Virus record (IMG/VR): IMGVR_UViG_3300019124_000008
Span: 1-61,136 of that record
Length of the DNA: 61,136 bases
Strand: one strand, 5' to 3'
Source of the DNA: a virus
Taxonomy: Duplodnaviria; Caudoviricetes
In this document: piece after piece, positions 57,310-61,136 of the stretch
Layout: every line of letters starts with the position of its first letter
How positions within the stretch are numbered: position 1 is the stretch's first letter
The notes under the pieces: generated by a model
What the model was told of the DNA's origin: nothing
Database searches by the model: none
The model's input: the letters and a program-made list of their open reading frames with translations, nothing else
Made by a program: the position numbers and the translations under genes

Positions 57310-59298
57310 ATGGCAACACTTGAAACCTTTCAGGTCGGCGAGGGTCACTATGCTCTCGCCTACGGCAAGCACATCGTCAAAGGCATTCTCGCCGGGTTGA
57401 ATCAGACCGACCCGAACAACGTCAAGATCAAAATATTGATGGGATTAGGCGAATGGGATGCGATTGAGGAACTCACCTACGAAGGCGCGATCATTAGTCC
57501 GTCGAACTTCACTTTTCACCCCGGCACGGCTTCGACCGGAAAGACCGACCCGCTGCAAGGCGAAGACACGCGCTTTCCGAGCGGCATCTACCATCACCGG
57601 ATTGCCTATTACTCGGCGACACTCCCCGATGGATTAGGCTCGGACGGAACGCCGGACGCGCAACGTGCCATCGCTCGATGCCTTAAAATCAATAACTACG
57701 ACGCAAGCGGAAACCTCGTCAGCTACGGCTACTCGGTCAACCCGGCAGACGTATTCGCCGATCTTGTCAGGCGCAACGCCGAGCGTCTCGGCTACGATTT
57801 TGCGTCGGCGATGGATTGGCAAGCCTACCACGACGCGAGGGTTTACTACGCGCAGACGTTCGCCGTTGACGACGGAAAGTACACGCCGAAGGAAATTCAG
57901 ATCACGCGAGGCTCGACCGGCTCGCTTTCAGCCGGGTTCAGATACTACCGCGTCTCCGCGCTTAAGAACTCCCCTGCCAGCGAATCGGCGGCGTCAGCCG
58001 TCAAGCTCGTTGACACGCTCGCCTCTGGAGCCAATACAATCACTTGGAAGTCGGTCGATGGAGCCGACAAGTATCGCGTGTATTTCGGCTCTTCGCCGTC
58101 GAGCCTTTCGAGTTACTTCGAGACGACCTCGACCGCCTTCACACACTCGACCGATACGGGTGCTTCGTCAGGCACTCCGCTCGATCTGCCTTCGGGTGAT
58201 TGGTCGGTCTCGGCTCCGCGATTCGAGTCGCATCGAGCGTTCACGACGACCGACATTCTGACGGCTGACGCGCTGACTGCCGTGATGTTCGACGCGGCGA
58301 GCGAGTGGACGATGGACGGCGGTAAGTTCCGCATCATCACGCCGGAGACCCGCACAGCACAGCACCGCTTTACTGTCGATAATACGCTTCCGGGTTCGTT
58401 TTCCTACTGGAAAATCCCGCCACGCGAGCGCGTCAATCAGGTCAGCACGGTCTTCCGGCAGCTTGACGACTGGATGAAACCCGGCGAGGATTCCCCGGCG
58501 AACGACTTCGAGGCGCAGTCGAAGTTCGGCATCATCGAAGAACAGCTTGTCTTGGGAAGCAAACGGCGCAACGAGCAACGCCGGATTGCCTTCTGGCGGC
58601 TTGCCGATATGCACCAGCGACCGAGAAGAGTCAGACTCGTCGGCGATTTAAGCAGCCAACATCTTTTGACGACCGATGTCGTGACGGTCGCCGACCGGCA
58701 AGCCGGAGTGCGCGAGCAAAGCACAATGCGAATTTTCTCCAGCCTCTCGGCTGTTTCGGGTCTCGCTCCCGGCGCAGTCGAATGGGTTCTCGAAGACCCG
58801 CACCCGCACGGAAGTTCCGCTTCTCTTAAGGTGACGGCGACTGCCTCGAACGCGAGCTTTTCGGCGAACTTTTCCGCGCCGGTCGTCTTGACGGACGACT
58901 CGATCTTCGAGACGAGCATTTTCGTTGACCCGGAAAACGTACCGACCGAGATTGCCTTCGAGTTCGGGTCGGATAAATCGGTCGTTTCAGCCAGTTTGCG
59001 GGTTCCGCAGATCGTCTCGCAAGCAACAGGCGACGTTATGCGAATCGGCGTCGTTCCCCCGGCTGGCGCGTGGATTCCGGTCAAGTTCGCGCTCAAGGAC
59101 ATCGGCTTGTCGTCCGGCGATGAGATCGGCGAGATCACCGGACGAGTCATCGGCGGCATCGCCGCGTTCACCGAAATGTTCGTGCGCGAGGAAGCCGGAC
59201 GCGATTACAAGATCGTGGAAATCGAAGACAGCGGCGACGAAGCGACCTTCACGCTCTACGAATACAATCCGAACGCCTATTCGGACAACCCAAGTTAA
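57310..59298 (+). CDS. Tail tip/central fibre (gpJ-like) protein
   Basis: YG.H, GLGE, NPA..DL, FN3-like insert. Confidence 0.7.
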   Translation: MATLETFQVGEGHYALAYGKHIVKGILAGLNQTDPNNVKIKILMGLGEWDAIEELTYEGAIISPSNFTFHPGTASTGKTDPLQGEDTRFPSGIYHHRIAYYSATLPDGLGSDGTPDAQRAIARCLKINNYDASGNLVSYGYSVNPADVFADLVRRNAERLGYDFASAMDWQAYHDARVYYAQTFAVDDGKYTPKEIQITRGSTGSLSAGFRYYRVSALKNSPASESAASAVKLVDTLASGANTITWKSVDGADKYRVYFGSSPSSLSSYFETTSTAFTHSTDTGASSGTPLDLPSGDWSVSAPRFESHRAFTTTDILTADALTAVMFDAASEWTMDGGKFRIITPETRTAQHRFTVDNTLPGSFSYWKIPPRERVNQVSTVFRQLDDWMKPGEDSPANDFEAQSKFGIIEEQLVLGSKRRNEQRRIAFWRLADMHQRPRRVRLVGDLSSQHLLTTDVVTVADRQAGVREQSTMRIFSSLSAVSGLAPGAVEWVLEDPHPHGSSASLKVTATASNASFSANFSAPVVLTDDSIFETSIFVDPENVPTEIAFEFGSDKSVVSASLRVPQIVSQATGDVMRIGVVPPAGAWIPVKFALKDIGLSSGDEIGEITGRVIGGIAAFTEMFVREEAGRDYKIVEIEDSGDEATFTLYEYNPNAYSDNPS

Positions 59299-59316
59299 TC
59301 AGTATAAGGAAAAACT

Positions 59317-60780
59317 ATGGCAACCATCACACCAAATTCGATCATTCTCGACGGCGACTCGATCATTCAGCTTACGGGTTCGCAAGCCGGAGTCTGGACT
59401 TCGGACGTTGGCGCGTTCTTTACCGACTCACAGGCGACGATTCCTTACGACGGTACGAGCGCAGTCTCATCCATTTACTTCAAACCGATCAACCGTACCG
59501 TCTCCGGGTCGATCAATATGACGCCGGACGCAACCGCTTCGGTTTCGGTCATCGGCATCTTCCCTGCCGTACCGCATTACCCGCTCGATTGGGAAGGCGA
59601 CAAGCGCGGCGTCGTTCTTTCCCTGACGCGAAGCGGCAAGCCTCGCGGAAGAATCGAAGGAACCGGCGAGTATATGCGCGATTACAAGCTCGTTTTCCAG
59701 AACCGTAAGCCTTGGGAAATTGACGAGATTGAAGCGTTTCACGCCTTCCATCACCCGCACCGGGTCTTCAAGTACCGGAACAAATGGAACAACGTCGAAG
59801 GATTTTTCCGGTTCGATTCGCGTCTTAAGGCGAAAGCCGAATCGCTCGTCAAGGGAAACTTCGAGGTCGCCATCAGTCAGGTTCCCTACGAACTGGCTCC
59901 GACCATCGAATCGGTTGCAACCGACAACACGCCGCCATCGACTCCGGCAAACTTTCAGGCGACTTCGCCGACACCGACGAGCGTCGTCTGTTCGTGGAAC
60001 GCATCGAGCGACAACATTGCCGTCAAGGGGTACAAGCTGGAGATCGACGGAGTTGAATACGATGTCGGCAATTTAACCGTAGTCGGAACGACCGTCGCCG
60101 CCGGAAGCAGTCACCGCTACCGGGTCAAGGCATACGACGCGGCTGGCAACGAATCAGCTTGGTCGGTGATGCACCGGATTACCACAGCCAATACCGATTC
60201 GTTCGCTCCGAGAATCGAGATTACGTCTCCGGCTGGCGGTGAGCGGTACTACGGCGAATCGGTTCCGCTTTCGGTCTCGGTCAGCGACCCGAACCTCGTC
60301 GGAGTCCAATGGATGATCGGCGGCGACAGTTGGGGAGCGGAAAAGACAATCGCTCCGTACTCAGGCGATGCGATTGACACGACCTCGCTTCCGGCTGGCG
60401 AATATACGATCACCGCCATTGCGCGGGATTCAGCCGGAAACAAGGCATCTCATTCGGTGCGGGTCTATTTCAATCCGAACCCGGATACGGAAAACCCGAC
60501 CGTCTCTTGGCACTACCCGGTTCCGAGTCAGGTCGTCTCGGATACGATTCAGCTTCAGGCGGTCGCCGACGACAACGACAAGGTACAGAAGATCGACTAC
60601 TTCTACTACGACGGAAGCGGCTTTCCGTATATCGGGTCGAGCTTTACCGCTCCGTACTACCCGGTCAACTTCGATACGACCGGAGTGCCGAACGGAACGC
60701 TCACGCTCTCGGCAATCGCCTTCGATCAGGCGGGAAATCCATCGACGGCTGACTTCGTGACGGTCGTCGTCAATAATTAA
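59317..60780 (+). CDS. Tail protein with FN3 and Ig-like domains
   Basis: DNTPPSTP..WNASSDN..YRVKAYDAAGN; two D..P.V..A.A.D.AGN repeats. Confidence 0.8.
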   Translation: MATITPNSIILDGDSIIQLTGSQAGVWTSDVGAFFTDSQATIPYDGTSAVSSIYFKPINRTVSGSINMTPDATASVSVIGIFPAVPHYPLDWEGDKRGVVLSLTRSGKPRGRIEGTGEYMRDYKLVFQNRKPWEIDEIEAFHAFHHPHRVFKYRNKWNNVEGFFRFDSRLKAKAESLVKGNFEVAISQVPYELAPTIESVATDNTPPSTPANFQATSPTPTSVVCSWNASSDNIAVKGYKLEIDGVEYDVGNLTVVGTTVAAGSSHRYRVKAYDAAGNESAWSVMHRITTANTDSFAPRIEITSPAGGERYYGESVPLSVSVSDPNLVGVQWMIGGDSWGAEKTIAPYSGDAIDTTSLPAGEYTITAIARDSAGNKASHSVRVYFNPNPDTENPTVSWHYPVPSQVVSDTIQLQAVADDNDKVQKIDYFYYDGSGFPYIGSSFTAPYYPVNFDTTGVPNGTLTLSAIAFDQAGNPSTADFVTVVVNN

Positions 60781-60786
60781 CGTTTC

Positions 60787-60813
60787 GGGGAGTCGTTCGG
60801 CTCCCCTTTTTTT
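60787..60813 (+). terminator. Intrinsic terminator
   Basis: GGGGAGTCG-TT-CGGCTCCCC-T7. Confidence 0.85.
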
Positions 60814-61136
60814 ATTGCCGGGAATTGAATAGAGGCGCGTCTGAGCGCGTTTCTCGAAAAAAGACGACCGATTACCTTCAAACGTAATTCAAAGCAGCGA
60901 GAGACGCCTTTACGCGCCAATATGAAGCCGCTACGGGTTACATTAAAGCGGGAATGCCCGGTCTCGCCAAGGAAGCTGCCGAAGCGGAGTTTTCAATTTT
61001 GGGTCATCTGGGTCACGCCTATTATAAATGAACCAAATGAACCAAAGAAGAAAACTTTAGGTTTTTCTTCCAAAGGTTCTTCTTTTAAGAGAAAAGCCGG
61101 GGAAGATCACCCCCCCCCGGCATTTTGGGTCATCTG
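60798..61136. repeat. Terminal direct repeat, right copy
   Basis: Matches 1-336. Confidence 0.95.

Noticed and set aside
7402-60443. Many long antisense or alternative-frame ORFs over real genes (e.g. 8336-9346, 18580-19524, 38806-39735, 53761-54573)
   Set aside because: Shadow ORFs expected from GC-rich codon usage; no RBS or protein motifs
60798-61136. Biological terminal repeat
   Set aside because: It ends mid-element and differs only in homopolymer lengths, typical of assembly overlap; the true termini cannot be determined here
1-61136. tRNA genes, reverse transcriptase/DGR, protelomerase
   Set aside because: No complete cloverleaf, RT motif or protelomerase-like ORF was seen by eye; tRNAscan-SE and HMM searches would confirm

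Overview
The window looks like a complete, circularly assembled temperate siphophage genome of about 60.8 kb. Bases 1-336 recur at 60798-61136 with only homopolymer-length differences. Gene order: attP-like region, tyrosine integrase, excisionase, an unusual S24(LexA-C)-PAS fusion gene and a short CI-like repressor; a rightward replication/nucleotide-metabolism arm (dCMP deaminase, SSB-like protein, RepB-type primase-AAA helicase, deoxyribosyltransferase-like protein, dATP/dGTP diphosphohydrolase, metallophosphoesterase, VRR-NUC, family A DNA polymerase); a 22-29.6 kb cluster of small promoter-led cassettes; an AT-rich non-coding gap with tandem repeats; then lysis/fibre genes, terminase, portal, head and tail genes. 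The most striking signals are non-coding. (1) Six promoter-proximal stem-loops with unrelated stems each present a conserved loop of exactly 33 nt. (2) A 45-bp four-box inverted-repeat element occurs 13 times, spaced about 2-7 kb apart around the genome. (3) Two families of palindromic operators are dispersed over the genome. (4) A GGAAC-N14-(T/C)ANNNT motif is a candidate late promoter. All product calls come from motif recognition by eye; no database searches were run and the host cannot be determined here.
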